A stretch of 64,000 nucleotides of DNA from Rhizophagus irregularis (lineage: Eukaryota): assembly GCF_026210795.1 (NCBI RefSeq), contig NC_089435.1, forward strand, positions 1,364,001 to 1,428,000, written 5' to 3'. The notes beneath the pieces are model-generated. The model made no database searches. It had not been told where the DNA came from and worked only from the letters and a program-made list of their open reading frames with translations. This document shows, one piece after another, positions 25,347 to 38,887 of the stretch. Position numbers and translations under genes: made by a program. Every line of letters starts with the position of its first letter. Position 1 is the first letter of the stretch.

Positions 25347-27071
25347 ATCCCTATAAAAACGAAATGTCTGATATTTGTATTTTTTATCTAACTTTGTCTA
25401 AATTTTATGTAAAAATTCATTACATTGTGCTTAATAACTATTTAGCTGTAATCGTATTGTATAATTTCCTTTTAATTTCTTGTCAATTTAAATCATCCTT
25501 GTTGTCATCATTTGTTTTATCATGAGAAATTTGAAGTCAAAGAATTATGAAATCTATTAAACAATTCGTATATTATTACCGACATATATTTTTCAATAAT
25601 AATGGTTTTATGTGACGAAAGCCTGAAAGGCCTTAATAAAAATATATTCTTTGTGAAATATTTGCATTGCCATCACTACTTTGTGCTCTGGCCATATATT
25701 AATGTTGCACTTTGATGTTGAGATGACACTGTTGGTTAATCTAGGAATATTAATTATTGAAACTGAATTTTAATGTCATGAGACTGTGAGCAATAATTTA
25801 ATGGTGCTACTTAATATTGTTATTTTGATCTGTCATACATTGTTTCAAATGTAATTTTGTATTTTTTATTTTTCAATACGTATAAACATACAGCATACTG
25901 TACACAGGATAAAAAAAGTTAAACCAGATGTACCGAAAAATTTTGTGAAAAAATTGCCACAGTTGCCCGCAGTATGAAGAGTTTTGGCTATATTCCTATA
26001 TTCATCATGGCGTGTTGGCGTCACAAAAAAATTAGGATGGATTTTATTAAGATTTTTTATTTTCTACACTTAGAAAAAATTCACAAGGGTTAAAACCCTA
26101 AATGTCGTAAAAGAAGGAGGTTGAATCCACCGCCATCCATCTATTATCTTACAAGAAAAAATTCATAAGAAACGTTCCATATGCATAAATTACAAGAACC
26201 ATCGTTGTTGCTATAACAAGGTCGATAAAAAAATTCTTAAGAATCATGATTCAACAATTTTCTTCCCTTTAACAAAAACGATTTATTTAGTTAGAAATTA
26301 TATTTTAGGGATTACGGGTTTAAATCATATGAATATTATGAAAGTATACTTAAATACAGTAAGAGTAAATTATTCGTAATCTTCGTACGTTAATATTTAA
26401 ATGATGATTGATGAACATGTCACAAATAAAAATGTTAAAACTGAATTATTCAAACGAATGATATAATAAGATTGAAACTTTGAAGATAAATCTTTAAAGT
26501 GCCCAAGAAAGTTTCTTGATTTGAAAAAGACGTTCAAATAAGAGAAAAAGAAAAGGTAAAGAGATTTAAAATGAATTAAAAGAAGTTTTTACAAAGCGCA
26601 CAAATCAAGATATTTTTAAAAATAAAAAAGTATATTGGAATTTGAATAGGTGATAATAGTAATATGTTTCATAGTCATAATAATTATTAACTGAAGTTCT
26701 GCGTAGTGCTAATAATATTACGTCATTATGATAGGTACTAGCCGGCTAATGCTGGCCGGGATTTTAATGGAATTACGTAAATACACGTGATTAGCCGTAA
26801 GTAGTACTTATATGTTAATACGTGCTAGTTTTGAGGTGAGTTACTTACTTTTTTTTACAGATTGTTATCTCGTTATCCCTTTCCTTTTCCCCTTTTTAGT
26901 TTTCTTTTTTTTACTTCCTTTTCTGTAGCGCCATAGCGATAATGTTCTAAGGTTCATTTTCATTATTTCGGGAGATGGATGTGGTGCAGCACGTGACGTT
27001 TTTTAATGTTTACAGTATAGTAACCGATCTAATGTAACCCGCTTCAATATTTTTTTGTATCTAATACTAGT

Positions 27072-27221
27072 TAACGAAGGGTGGGTCCGCCGGTTGGATT
27101 TTGTACATTTAGTTTTAGATCAATAGTGCATATGACTTTTTTTGTAAAATTTCAAAGTATCTTCGTATCTCACAAATGTATCTACCTTTCTAAAGTAAAA
27201 ATAAAAAATAAATAAAAATGA
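27072..27221 (+). mobile_element. 5'-truncated non-LTR-type insertion with A-rich tail; 3' end resembles the RT-less retroposon family
   Basis: 13-bp direct repeat ATCTAATACTAGT at 27059-27071 and 27222-27234; tail AAAAATAAAAAATAAATAAAAA; GGTT.GATT...TTAGT.TTAGAT...GACTTTTT(T)G similar to 16720-16762. Confidence 0.55.
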
Positions 27222-27626
27222 ATCTAATACTAGTAGGTCAAATTGTTTAAAATTAAAGAGAAATTTGGTTTATCACAGCATAATAAGTGCGCGACATGCA
27301 ATTAAACGGGTATATACTTAACCTGAATGCTATAACAACTGTCAGCTTTGATTATCTTCAACGCGTCTTGGTCTCTAACTACAGAAAATCAGTATAGCAG
27401 GTGAGATTCGAATTAAACTCAAGGCTTCTCCAGGTAAAATATAGTAAGGTTATTATTTCATTTATAAAATTTACTGATTATTTAAACTTGAAAGAATATT
27501 AAAGCAAAACTTTTTAAGAATTTCTTTTTATTTAAATTAAAAGATGATATTGAAAAATGTAAAAGTTTGATATTTATGACATGAATAATTGATATGCAAA
27601 ATTTCTAATAAAACTATTTTATAATT

Positions 27627-28553
27627 TTATAATTTTGTTTGAGTTTCCTGAACTTCTTGTTTATTCTGAACGTCCTGTGGTATTTCTTCTTGATTATTTT
27701 GAGTATCTTGAGTATCTTGAGGTATATCGGATATCAATTTTATCTTTGCAGCATAAATGCAGAACTGAAAAGTAAAAACATTCGAAATTAGGATTTATAT
27801 TAAAAATTTTTTTTATGAAAAACTCTTATTATACAAAAAATAATGATTTTATATTACCTCATCAAAGAGAATGTAACCTCCAAGGTTCGTATCAATTTCA
27901 TTGAACTTGGCTTTAAGTTCTTTATTTGATACCACATTTATTCCAATTAATTTATGACCTTTTTTGAATTCTCCAAAATCGATACGCCTGTCATTATCTA
28001 TATCAAGTTTTTTAAATATTTTGAATAGCTCATTGTAGTAATGAAGAAGATCGATGAGACGACCAAATTCTTTGAAATCAATGAAACCATCCTAAAGAAA
28101 TTTTTATAAGTATTAGTAGGATTCAACAAGTAAAATAAGAATAATAAAAGCTAATTTGAAGACAAACTTTGGAAGTATCGGCAGCTTTATAAGCTCGCAT
28201 GATGGCAGGCTTATCTTTTGCGAGGTGAGGATAGAGTTCAATAACAGCTTTATCAATTTCAGCGAGAGACAAGATACCATTACCGTTATAGTCAAAAACG
28301 TCAAAAATCTATCATAGTGGTTAATTATGAAGTTAATAACTTTAAATAACAAAATATTTATTCAAAAAGTTAAAAAAAAGTATACCTTCTTAATTTGAGC
28401 TTTGTCTAGATTATTGGTAGTAATAACTGCCTTCTTTTGAGTAGTTTTACTAGCCGCCTTCTTGTCCAATTTACTAGCAGTTTTGCTGACTACCTTCCTA
28501 TCCAATTTTCCGGTAGTTCTGATAGAAGCCTTCTTGTTTAATTTTTCAGCCAT
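27627..28553 (-). CDS. EF-hand calcium-binding protein, calflagin/flagellar calcium-binding protein-like, ~226 aa; exons 28553..28386, 28308..28168, 28091..27858, 27764..27627
   Basis: Manual splicing at GT-AG gives an open frame: FDVFDYNGNGILSLAEIDK..KPAIMRAYKAADTSK/DGFIDFKEF..LDIDNDRRIDFGEF..IDTNLGGYILFDE/FCIYAA; Lys-rich repetitive N-terminus. Missed by the ORF track. Confidence 0.88.
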
Positions 28554-31500
28554 TGGTATTATGTATTTTAGAATTTGTCTTATTTGTCTTGAAATAAATT
28601 TTATGATGATACTTGGGCGATATTTCCAGCCATTTTTATATAAAAAAAATGGGCAATATTCTTACATGCCAAAAATAGTACAAATTCTTAATTAAGGTAT
28701 AAAATATCAGGGTTTCACTAAAAATAACTTAAAACTTCTTTCAAAAAACTTAAAAATATTAAATAAATTAATTTCGTCGGTAGTGTTACATTATTAAAAT
28801 TAACTCTCTTTGTTAGATTAAAAATATCAATGGATCAGAATTTTAAAATTCAAAAGACAACGTTCAGTAGTAACTAAATCACTAGCCAAAATAAGCGAAC
28901 ACGATATAGTAATGAAATACAAAATTATAGAATGTTCTATTTTTTTACTTATAAAGAAGCCAAAACAAAGAAATATTTTTATGAATAATTAATTTATTTA
29001 TTTTTTTTTTTGTTTTACGTTCTTAACTTTATTTAAATAAGGAGTTAAATGACCGACATATTATTCATGTATCACTAACATGATGAGAATGAGAAAGTGT
29101 AACTATATAATTTTAATAACAAAGAAATTCTTTGTCGATTAAATATAATAATGGTCAAATAAATTTGATGTAAGACGAAATCAATTATGATGTAAACTGA
29201 CGATGACAATAACAATTTTTATGGGACACAAATCGGAAATAACCTTCCGAGTTACGTTACAGAAAATAATCATGTACAGTATTTGTTTTAAAAAATATTT
29301 AGATTATTAATATATCTTATATTTGTAAAATGTATCTTAATGAAGGAGTAACTTAATTATTTCATATAATAATTTAACTATATTAAATAACCTGCATTTA
29401 TTTTCACTTTGGTACAATTTAATTTGAACGTCAACGTTAAATTTAATATAATAAAATCGACTGTAACACAATATTGTATTCAAAATCATTGCTACAAGTA
29501 AAAAAAAAAGAGAGAAATTTCTATCAAGAACGATACAAAGTTTTTAAAACTAGCCAAAATAGTAAACCGGATACTAAAAAAAATTTTCTTGTTTTGAAAA
29601 TGGTAGTACGTAACTCGAACATATAAACTATTGGTAACGCCAAGATAATTGATACTAACCTAATAAGGATATTAATACAACCCATTTATGGTTAAATCTG
29701 TACTAATATGTTAATCACTTATTATTTATGGTAAGTTAATATTGCAATTTTTTACGATGAAAAAAAAAACAAAACCTGTTCGTTTGTGATAAGGAAATTA
29801 CCATAAAAGGCTCTCATATGATAATTAATATACATGTTCAATTGTTTCATTATGTTTCATCTTCCAAATCAATCGTTACAATTTACAAAGCAAAAAAGGA
29901 GATATCCTTAAAAAGTAAACAAAAAGATGGAACATAGTTTTACCGTTCATTTCTGAAAATTAATAATTAATGAAATTACGGATAAAAGAAAAAATTATAG
30001 AAGATGAACACAAATTAGAAATAATAATTTAACGGTAATGTCTTACAAAGTCTCACAATTTACAAGATTACTAGTTTAGTTACTAGTTTTTGAGCTGTAT
30101 ATTTCTTCGCATCCTCTAAAGTGTTCCAAATGTCCAGAAATGTATAGAAAATTGTTTGATAATTATTTTAAATAATTAGATACAAATTTGACCTTGGGTG
30201 GACGATGAATTATGTAAATATCGCAAAAAAAGAATAAAATTATATATTCATTAAAATTTTTATTTTGTGATAAAAACATAATATTAAACGAAAATTAATT
30301 TTATTTATCTGCCAAATATTCTCGTGATTTTAAAGCTTCGAAGGAGATATTGGCGTCATCAAAGTTTCCTGTGTCAGCAACAACAACTCGGAATAAGTTG
30401 TAGAAGCAATATGTCAAATACTCTGATCAATTCCTATATTCGATCATCAATAAACATACAGTATGTAAATTGCACATGACATTCAACGGAAACTGATGAC
30501 GTTATGTTAACGTTAAGTTAATGTTAACATTTTGTTCGTCACTTCGTCTTATATATTTAGTAGTGCTAAATTTAGCGCCACTCACCATATCAAAGATTTT
30601 TTATATATACATTTTGCCATAGAATTATGTTATATGACAATCACTTCTAAAATTAATTAATTTTGACCAAAAATTTGATCATTCTACCGTATTTCTTTTT
30701 TTTATTTATTTATTTATTTTGTAGGTTCTGGCTTCTTCTGAGAGACTTTTGGATGGTAAGTTAGTTGTTTGAGAGTAGAGTTTTAAAATTGATTAAGAAA
30801 CGTGCTAAAAGCTAACATTTCTTTTTTTTAAATTTTGCAGAGTTTAGTCTCTCTGGAGAGGACTTTCGGACGATAATTATCATAATAAAAATTGGTCTGT
30901 ATAAAAACATTAAAAAATTCAATTTAACATATACCAAGATTTAACCATTCTATTATTATCTATATAATATAATAAAAAAATTCATGTCGATCTTCTAACG
31001 TTTAGATTAGCCTGTATAAATAATTTTTGAATTGTGTACCGCATATCAGATGATTCCTTTTAAATAATATTTATTGGTAAAATGATTGACAAGTTCATGA
31101 TAAAATATCTGCGCCTGATCTATACTTAAAAGGTTAACAGTTAAGATAACTTGATCAGCAAATACTGATTACTAAAATATAATAATTTTTCGATCAACTA
31201 ATATTTATTTGATTTTTCTTATACCTTTTTTCATAATAATATAAAAAAAAGATTTGTAATAATGATAAATTACTGCAAATACGATGATTAATTTTTTTTG
31301 TTATAATAAATAATGTTTTTCGCGATATAGATTTTTTTGCAATAATTTTTTTTTGTAATTTTTATTTTTTTGCAACTAGAGTTTTGCTAATACTAATTAG
31401 TGATAGTATGTAACTTTTTTTAATAATAAGTTTCCTTTAAAAGAATTTTTTTTTCATAATAAATTAGTAACTGACGTTTACTAATAATAAATATTACAAA

Positions 31501-31668
31501 AGTTATACAATACAATAAATACGAAATTGTCTTTTTATCTTTCTTTAATTTAATTAAAAAAATAATGTATACTAAAATACATAAATACACACACATTTAA
31601 CATCTAAAGACATTTTTTTTCAAATAAATTATTTTCTTAAAAAAAAAAATAGATATATTATTATAACC

Positions 31669-32632
31669 ATACCTGCAAAATTATCTTTATTATGTTTAAT
31701 TAACTCAGTAAGCGAAAAGGACAGCTCAAATTATATTATAAGAGAAGCTATTGCAATCATAAGGAAAGAAGACAATACCTCTATGGACTTGAAATTAACT
31801 TCTTTTATTCCAAAAAGCTCTTCAGCTCCTAGATGGATTCCTCTATTTGAACCGGACAATATTTTAAGACTTACAGGAAAATTTATTCTTGAGGAAGAAC
31901 CTCTTCATGGGATTTTACAGGTACAATATTTTACATTTTTATATTTTAAGCTTCTATTTAATTATAATTAAACAATTGATTAAAAAATAGATAACAGCAA
32001 ATGCTGGTGATCTTATTGAAATTAGCAAAGATAATCTTCCAACGAGTTCAGTTTCAGTTTTTATTACAGGATTTGTTGTTGATCAAGTTCAAAATGATGA
32101 TAATATATTTAGAACTATAAAAATTATTACCTCTGAATTTGCTGGTAATAATACGAATAAGTTTTACATCAAATGCAGGTATTTAAAAACAGATGAAAGA
32201 ATTGAAAAAAAAGCTACTAAAATGAGAAAAAATTCAAGTGTAATGATAACTGGTGAGTTGACTCTGGTCAACTCCAAGTTTAAAATAGAAATTCAAGACT
32301 TAAACTTTCTATCAACAACAATTGGCAACATTGAATCTTCCTCAACAACAAGTAGTTCTGCCTCCTCTTTGTATTCTTGGCCTACAACTCCATCTTCAAG
32401 AATGTCTGCCCAGAAAATAGCAAACACCCTTACACCTCAAAATTCAATACCAGATAATCAACCCTTAAATATAGTTACTAATTACGAACTTATTAATGAT
32501 GAGAATTCTTCACATGATGACGATAATGATACTTCCCCAAGTACTCAAACACCACCAAATACTCGAACACCATCAAGTACTCGATCAAATACTCAAAAAA
32601 CACCTAGAGGAAGAAAAAGAACAAAAAAATAA
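31669..32632 (+). CDS. Helitron-borne protein with probable tandem OB folds (ssDNA-binding-like) and S/T-rich basic tail; exons 31669..31920 and 31991..32632; apparent start codon is ATA
   Basis: Intron 31921..31990 (GT-AG) fuses ORFs 31783 and 32222 in frame; SSB-like strands DNILRLTGKF and MRKNSSVMITGELTL; ends in PRGRKRTKK. Confidence 0.65.
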
Positions 32633-33742
32633 TGAAGTTTATATATATTAATTATTAACAAATTATAATTATTTAATTTAACTTCTTTAATTCATTTTTT
32701 TTTTCTTTAAATTTAAATTTATATTATATGAATACTTAGTGAGCACTTTTTAAAAAATTAGTTTTTTTTCTTTTTTTGTTTTAATAACCAATTATGAACA
32801 TTTTTTTTCTGATTTTTTTTAGTAAGATTTCAACTTTTTTGATTACTTTCTTTTTAATGGAATTTTGAGTTTTTTCCCCTTTTTAGTATTTTTTATCAGA
32901 ATTTTTTTGTACGAACTTTGATTTTTTTTTTAAATTGATTAATATACACGTTGATCCTTATAATTTTTTTATTGTGTACCCATAATTTATTTGTACCTGA
33001 TCTATACTTAAAAGTTAAGATCACTTGATTAGCAAATGTTGATTACTAACGTATAAAAAAAATTTTTCAGTTACTGGCATTTCGCTAATACTAATTAGTA
33101 TTAATATATTAATCCCCTCACTTTTTTTGATCGCTTAAACAAAAAAAAATTCTCTAAAATTATTATGATTTATGATTTTTTTTAGTAACAATAGATTTCC
33201 TATAATGTTATTTTGCGATATAGATTTTTTTTCATCAGTTTTTTTTTTGTGATTTTGAATTCCTGATAACTGATATTTTGTTAATAGCATGTAATTTTTT
33301 TTAATAATAATTTTTCGCTAACAATATTATTTTTCATAATAGATCAGCAATTGATGTTTTATTAATAATAGATAATTAATTTTTGATAATAATAATAAAT
33401 TCTTATAACAGATTTTTTTACTACAATGAAAATTGTATAATAGTATTTTTGTAATTTTTTTAATTAAATTTTTTTCCTTATATTGTTTATTAACATAATA
33501 GCAGATAATTTATTGTGAATATTTAATAATCATACTTTTTTGTGATTTTATAATATAATAAAAAAATACATGTCGATCTTCTAACGTTTAGATTAAGTCT
33601 GTATAAATAATCTTGAATTGTGTAGCATGATTCAGTGCCTGATTTAAACTTAAAAGTTAAGGCCATTTATTTGATCGGCAAACGTATAGATTTTTTTAAC
33701 TTAGCTAATTTTTGATCGGTTAAACAAAATTTTATTGCGAAG

Positions 33743-33904
33743 GCAAAAATATGAATCTTGACCCGTCACATGGATTAATCTTGACCCACTGCATGCACGT
33801 TGTCGATCACATATATTTTACAATACACCATGAATAGGATCGACAACGTGCATGCAGGTGGGTCAAGTTTCACGTACGTGACGGGTCAAGATTCATATAT
33901 TTGC
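33743..33904. mobile_element. MULE-type foldback MITE (162 bp) nested in the Helitron
   Basis: ~65-bp TIRs GCAAA.ATATGAATCTTGACCCGTCAC...TGCATGCACGTTGTCGATC; perfect 9-bp TSD ATTGCGAAG. Confidence 0.88.
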
Positions 33905-34239
33905 ATTGCGAAGATATTTTTTAAAAATTTTTTTTTGAAAACATATTTATTCAAAATAATCTTATTAAATGAAATTTTTTAAAATTTAAGTCCCACATTT
34001 TCGATTTTAAAGAAAAAAATCACTGTATTTATTTTTAATGAAGTGATACAATAAAAAAAACAATAACAATAAATAAAAAAGATAAGTAAATGACAATGAT
34101 CAAGGAGAAAGATGCTAATAAAAAAAATGAAATAACAATGGAGTAATGGAAAGTAATAGAAGAAGAAAGGGAGTAAAAAAGAGTAATGAGAAGTGATAGG
34201 AAACAAAAAGGAAAAATATGACATGATGGATGATGAAAA

Positions 34240-34565
34240 AGAGTGATGGAGACGAAAAGGAGTGATGGGAAGATGAAGAGGAGTGATGGGAGACGAAAAG
34301 GAGTGATGGGAAGATGAAGAGGGGTTATGGGAGACGAAAAGGAGTGATGGGAGACGAAGAGGAGTGATGGGAGACGAAGAGGAGTGATGGGAGACGAAAA
34401 GGAGTGATGGGAGACGAAAAGAAGTGATGGAAGACGAAAAGGAGTGATGGGAGACGAAGAGGAGTGATGGGAGACGAAGAGGAGTGATGGGAGACGAAAA
34501 GAAGTGATGGAAGACAAAGAGGAATGAATGATGAAAGATAAAAAGGAGTGATGAGAGACGAAAAG
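34240..34565. repeat. Purine-rich 20-nt minisatellite GGAGTGATGGGAGACGAA(A/G)A, ~15 copies, inside the Helitron
   Basis: Directly visible; explains the spurious minus-strand ORFs at 33979-34945. Confidence 0.92.
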
Positions 34566-35664
34566 AAGTAATGGAAATGAAAAGAAGTTATTGAGAGACA
34601 AAAAAAATGATGGGAATTAAATAGGAGAGAAAATAAAATAACGGAAAATGAAGATGTAATAGAAAATAATGGGAGACAAATAATGAGAAGTAGTATAAAG
34701 TAAAAATGATGAGAGACAAAAATAAAAAAGTGATCATGACGAAACAAAGTAAAAAATAAACCATAAAGTAAACAAAAAATGAAGTTAGTAAGAAATGAAA
34801 TATAAGATAAAAACGAAATAAAAAAAAATAAAAAAAATAAAAAAAATAAAAAAAATACCTTTATTAATTGTAGAACTGAAAGAACTAAAATATCTGAAAA
34901 AAAATAAAATAAATTAGTGAAAAACGAAATATGAAACAGAAACAAAATAAAAAATAAAAAAATGAGAAATGTAAAGTGAAAAACAACTGAACCTTACTGG
35001 AAGAACTAAAGGACCTAAAAATGATGAAATAGAATTAAATATGTAAATTATATAAATTATATAAATTTATTAGTCTATCTAACCTTACCATATTGTAAAT
35101 ATTTATTATCAAAATACTAAGAAGTTTTATCCCCGGCGCAGCGCGACGGGTTACACCTAGTTATCATTATAAAATAAAGTACTTAATCATTATATTGTGT
35201 AAAATAATGGAATGTTTGGGGATTTGTCAATTGTAATTTGTAAATTGGCAAGATACTATATATAGTAATTGAACGAAACTATTTTGTTACAGATTTTACA
35301 AAAAAAAAAAAAATTAAAATTATTTATTTAATTTATTTCATTACCTTTAATATTTTCAATTGCTTGTTTATTCATTTAAATAAAAGTAATGATTTCAGAT
35401 TCCTTTAAAGTAGAGAACATTGATATCAAAGGAATTAAATTACCATTTACAATACAAAGTACATCTTTTGTAAAAAAAATATCAAGTAGAGTTGAGCAAA
35501 TTGATGATAGTTTTAATAATTTTTAACTTCAGAAAATGAAAGAAAATGATCTTTTTTAATATTATTATGAATGGATTCATCAATATCCTAATTCCACTCA
35601 TCTAAATTTTTGATGACCGCGATGAAACGAGTCTTTATAATTCCATAAATAAACCGATAAACTA

Positions 35665-36770
35665 GATTATCTTTAGTTGCTGGTAGTGAACTTGGTCTCC
35701 AAGAATTAACCACTTATTTACAATCCTTTTTGATTGAAACTAAGGCAAATTGGATGGAAAAAAATTTTGATTTGATATATAAGACAAGTTTTGAGAACAA
35801 TTCTTTATTGGAACTTCAAGAATTTTGTAATAATTTAATAACCAAAGAGCCAAACAAGATATTTAAATCTCTAAATTTTTCCTTAATTTCAGAAAAACTT
35901 TTGGTTTCACTTATTCAAAGTGATAATCTTCAAATGAATGAAATTCAAGTATGGAAAGATGTGCTTAGATAGGGACTTGCTCAAAATCAAAAACTTCCTT
36001 CCGATCCTACGAATTTTTCAAAAGAAGATTTTAATGCTTTGAAAAATAGTTTACAACATTGCGTTCCACATATTAGATTCTATAATTTAACTTCTGAAGA
36101 ATTTGCAGATGAAGTGTTGCCTTATAAAAAAATTATATCAAAAGAATTATATGAAGATTTATTAAAATATTTCTTGAAACCCAGTATCCAATCAAGTAAA
36201 ACATCAAAACCTCGTATTACTACTGAAGAAATTAATATTGATTCCATTGATTTCAAAATTATTACAATTCAACATGCTGAATTAATCTCAAAATGGATCG
36301 ATAGAACTGAAATTACAGATGAGATAAAAAATACGTACAAATTCAAATTATTACTTCGTGGATCTCGTGATGGATTTACATATAAAAAATTTCATGAAAT
36401 TTGTGATAATCAATCTCGTACTGTAACAATTATTAAGGTGAAGGTCAGTAAGGAAATTCTTGGTGGATATAATCCAATTGAATGGAAGTCTGATGATTCT
36501 TATGGCACTACTAAGGACAGTTTTATATTCTCGTTTAAGAGATGTAATGATATTAAAAATTATATTTTAAGTCGTATAATAAATGAAAAAGTCGCTACAC
36601 TTAACTCCTTTGATCGTGGACCATCATTTGGTATCAGTGACCTTGTTTTAGATGGAGTTTTTGGTAAATGTGGTAATTTTGCTTACGAAAAACAAATCAG
36701 TGGAACTACTGATTTATTTTCTGATTTATTTTCTGTGGAAGAATATGAAGTATTTCAAATTACAAGATAA
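35665..36770 (+). pseudogene. 5'-truncated BACK-TLDc paralog with a premature stop (TAG at 35970)
   Basis: Aligns to 38888/48462 from LVAGSELGLQEL onward; TGG>TAG at VLR*GL; BTB exon absent. Confidence 0.88.
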
Positions 36771-38288
36771 ATCTCATTTACAGTTGTCGATTTTCGTTAT
36801 TTTAAGGCATTTTTATTTTATTTATTTATTTTTTTAACATAACTTAAGTAAACGATATCACATGGAACTTAGTTTATGTAATGTGGACTATTATATACGA
36901 TTTATCTGTTCTTCTAAATAAAACATTATCCATAAAATATTAATAAAAAGCCATAGACGATCTTTTTTAAACCATGGCATAATTTAAGATCTCTTTTTAT
37001 GATCAGTGATAACAAGAAAAACTACTAATTTTTCCCCAAGTTTTTATAAACACAAAATTTAAATACGTTATGACAGAGTACAATTTAATATTAAGCTTAT
37101 ACTAGGTCTATGAATCTTATCAGTATATACTATAGAACTTTTATTCTTAGCGCTTATAAATTAGTACGGATATAAAAATTTATTACATTTTTTGTATTTA
37201 TTCTTTTTTTATATTGAATTACGAACTTTTTGAAATAAAACTAATACCTGAGTACTATGTGTGATGATGTCATGATGGATGGTTGGGGTTCAGATACTAG
37301 CATTTGAGTAGAAATTATAAAATTTTTAAAGAAATCTAAATAACTTATCTTGTACTTATTACTTAGTATAAAAAGTCAATAATTTCAATCGAATCTGGAA
37401 TTTATCATGTACAAGTTGTTGATACAAAAATTGATTTTTGTAATCATTTTATTGATTACATTCTCAATAGTTAAATATTATTAACGTTTCACATTGTAAA
37501 AGAATCATTAATTGTTCCGATCCTAAATCTGATAAATCCATTGAAGTCGGATATCCATATCCGATTTTTAAGGCGGGTGAATCCAAAAAATAGTTTACAA
37601 CATTGTATTTCATTTTATAACTTTTGAATAATTCCCAGATATAACTTGTAAAAAAATTATCAAAAGTTTGGTGGTGCGAGACTTAATTTTTGTTCTATTT
37701 TTAATAAGAAACATTATTTAACGTTTCTTGTGTTTTTTTTTTTGTAGATTTCGGTTTATTATTTCCTTAATATTGTGCATGATTTCATCAAAATCCCTAA
37801 TTCCACTCGTTTAATTCAAAAAATTTTTTAACATCTGCTAGAACGCCAATATTGGTAATTTTTTTTTTAATATATAATCTACAAATTATGAATTAATCGA
37901 CAAAATATTTTTTTTTCTTTTAGAAAAAAAAAGGTTGTGATTATCAAACTTATTCTCAAAGTTCATAGGACGAAATAAATGATTGTAAAATCATAGAACA
38001 AATATTATGTAGGGTATGCGTATGATATTCTTGAGAAATAATTATATATTCGAATCTCAAATTAAGCTATATTTTTTTTACATCTCATTTAAGTTTATAT
38101 TCAGTATTTTGAATGGTAATACAGCATCATATACATCTATCAGCAATTAGACGTTAACACGCTAATAAAACATTTTGATAAGTTACCTTTGAAGAACTTT
38201 TGATCTATTCTCATGTCAAATTTTCTAGAATTCAACTTGCAAAATAGGAATTGAATAAATTAAATATTAAATAGTTATTGGATGAGGG

Positions 38289-38434
38289 AGGACCCCGAAA
38301 TATACATAAAAAGGTTAGGTTCAAGTTTGAATTCTAACCAAAATTAACATAATTCCGGCACTGAAAAAATGCGTACAGCTAATAGTAAATTTTTTGGCCA
38401 CCACCTTACCTCTGAATATATATTTCGGGGTCTT
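38289..38434. mobile_element. Small MITE with 8-bp TSD, inside a palindromic insertion upstream of BTB copy 2
   Basis: TIR A(G/A)GACCCCGAAATATA; TSD GATGAGGG at 38281-38288 and 38435-38442; 38270-38605 is absent from the paralogous upstream region at ~48200. Confidence 0.7.
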
Positions 38435-38887
38435 GATGAGGGAAAAGAGATATCGGTCTTCGGCTGATATCCTCTATCCAATAACTGAGGATTAGTTCGG
38501 TCATTAGGAATACTGCGGTGATCAATAGGAATTAATTCTACTAATAACGATTTCAATATTGGATGTTATAAAAATATCGGCCATTAAAATCCTAATCGAC
38601 TGAATAATAATATTTTTTATGGATGATAAAACTTTGGCAAAAAATATTTATTTGAAATTTTTTATCTTAATGGAAAGAATAAAATTATATTGAGATACTC
38701 GACATATTTTTGATAAAATTCAAAATCTGCAATGATGTTCAGATTATGATATTTCCTTGAGTAACACAAACTATCCTGTACGTTGTTTCAGATCAACAAG
38801 TTGCAGCAGCAATTATATAAGGCTAACAATTCAAAAAAATTGCTAATCCTTATCCTTTTCAATTTCTTTTTTGAATTTTATTAAATC

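Larger units (their letters stand above)
30959..35160 (+). mobile_element. Non-autonomous Helitron (4.2 kb)
   Basis: A|TCTATATAATATAATAAAA 5' end; 3' hairpin CCCGGCGCAGCGCGACGGG followed by TTACACCTAG|T; no TSD; 5'-end sequence duplicated internally at ~33550 and partly at ~32970. Confidence 0.85.

Noticed and set aside
28113..28352. 79-aa ORF as a separate gene
   Set aside because: Wrong frame over exon 2 of the EF-hand gene
33979..34945. Hydrophobic F/S/L/H-rich ORFs resembling membrane proteins
   Set aside because: Artefacts of the purine-rich minisatellite and low-complexity DNA
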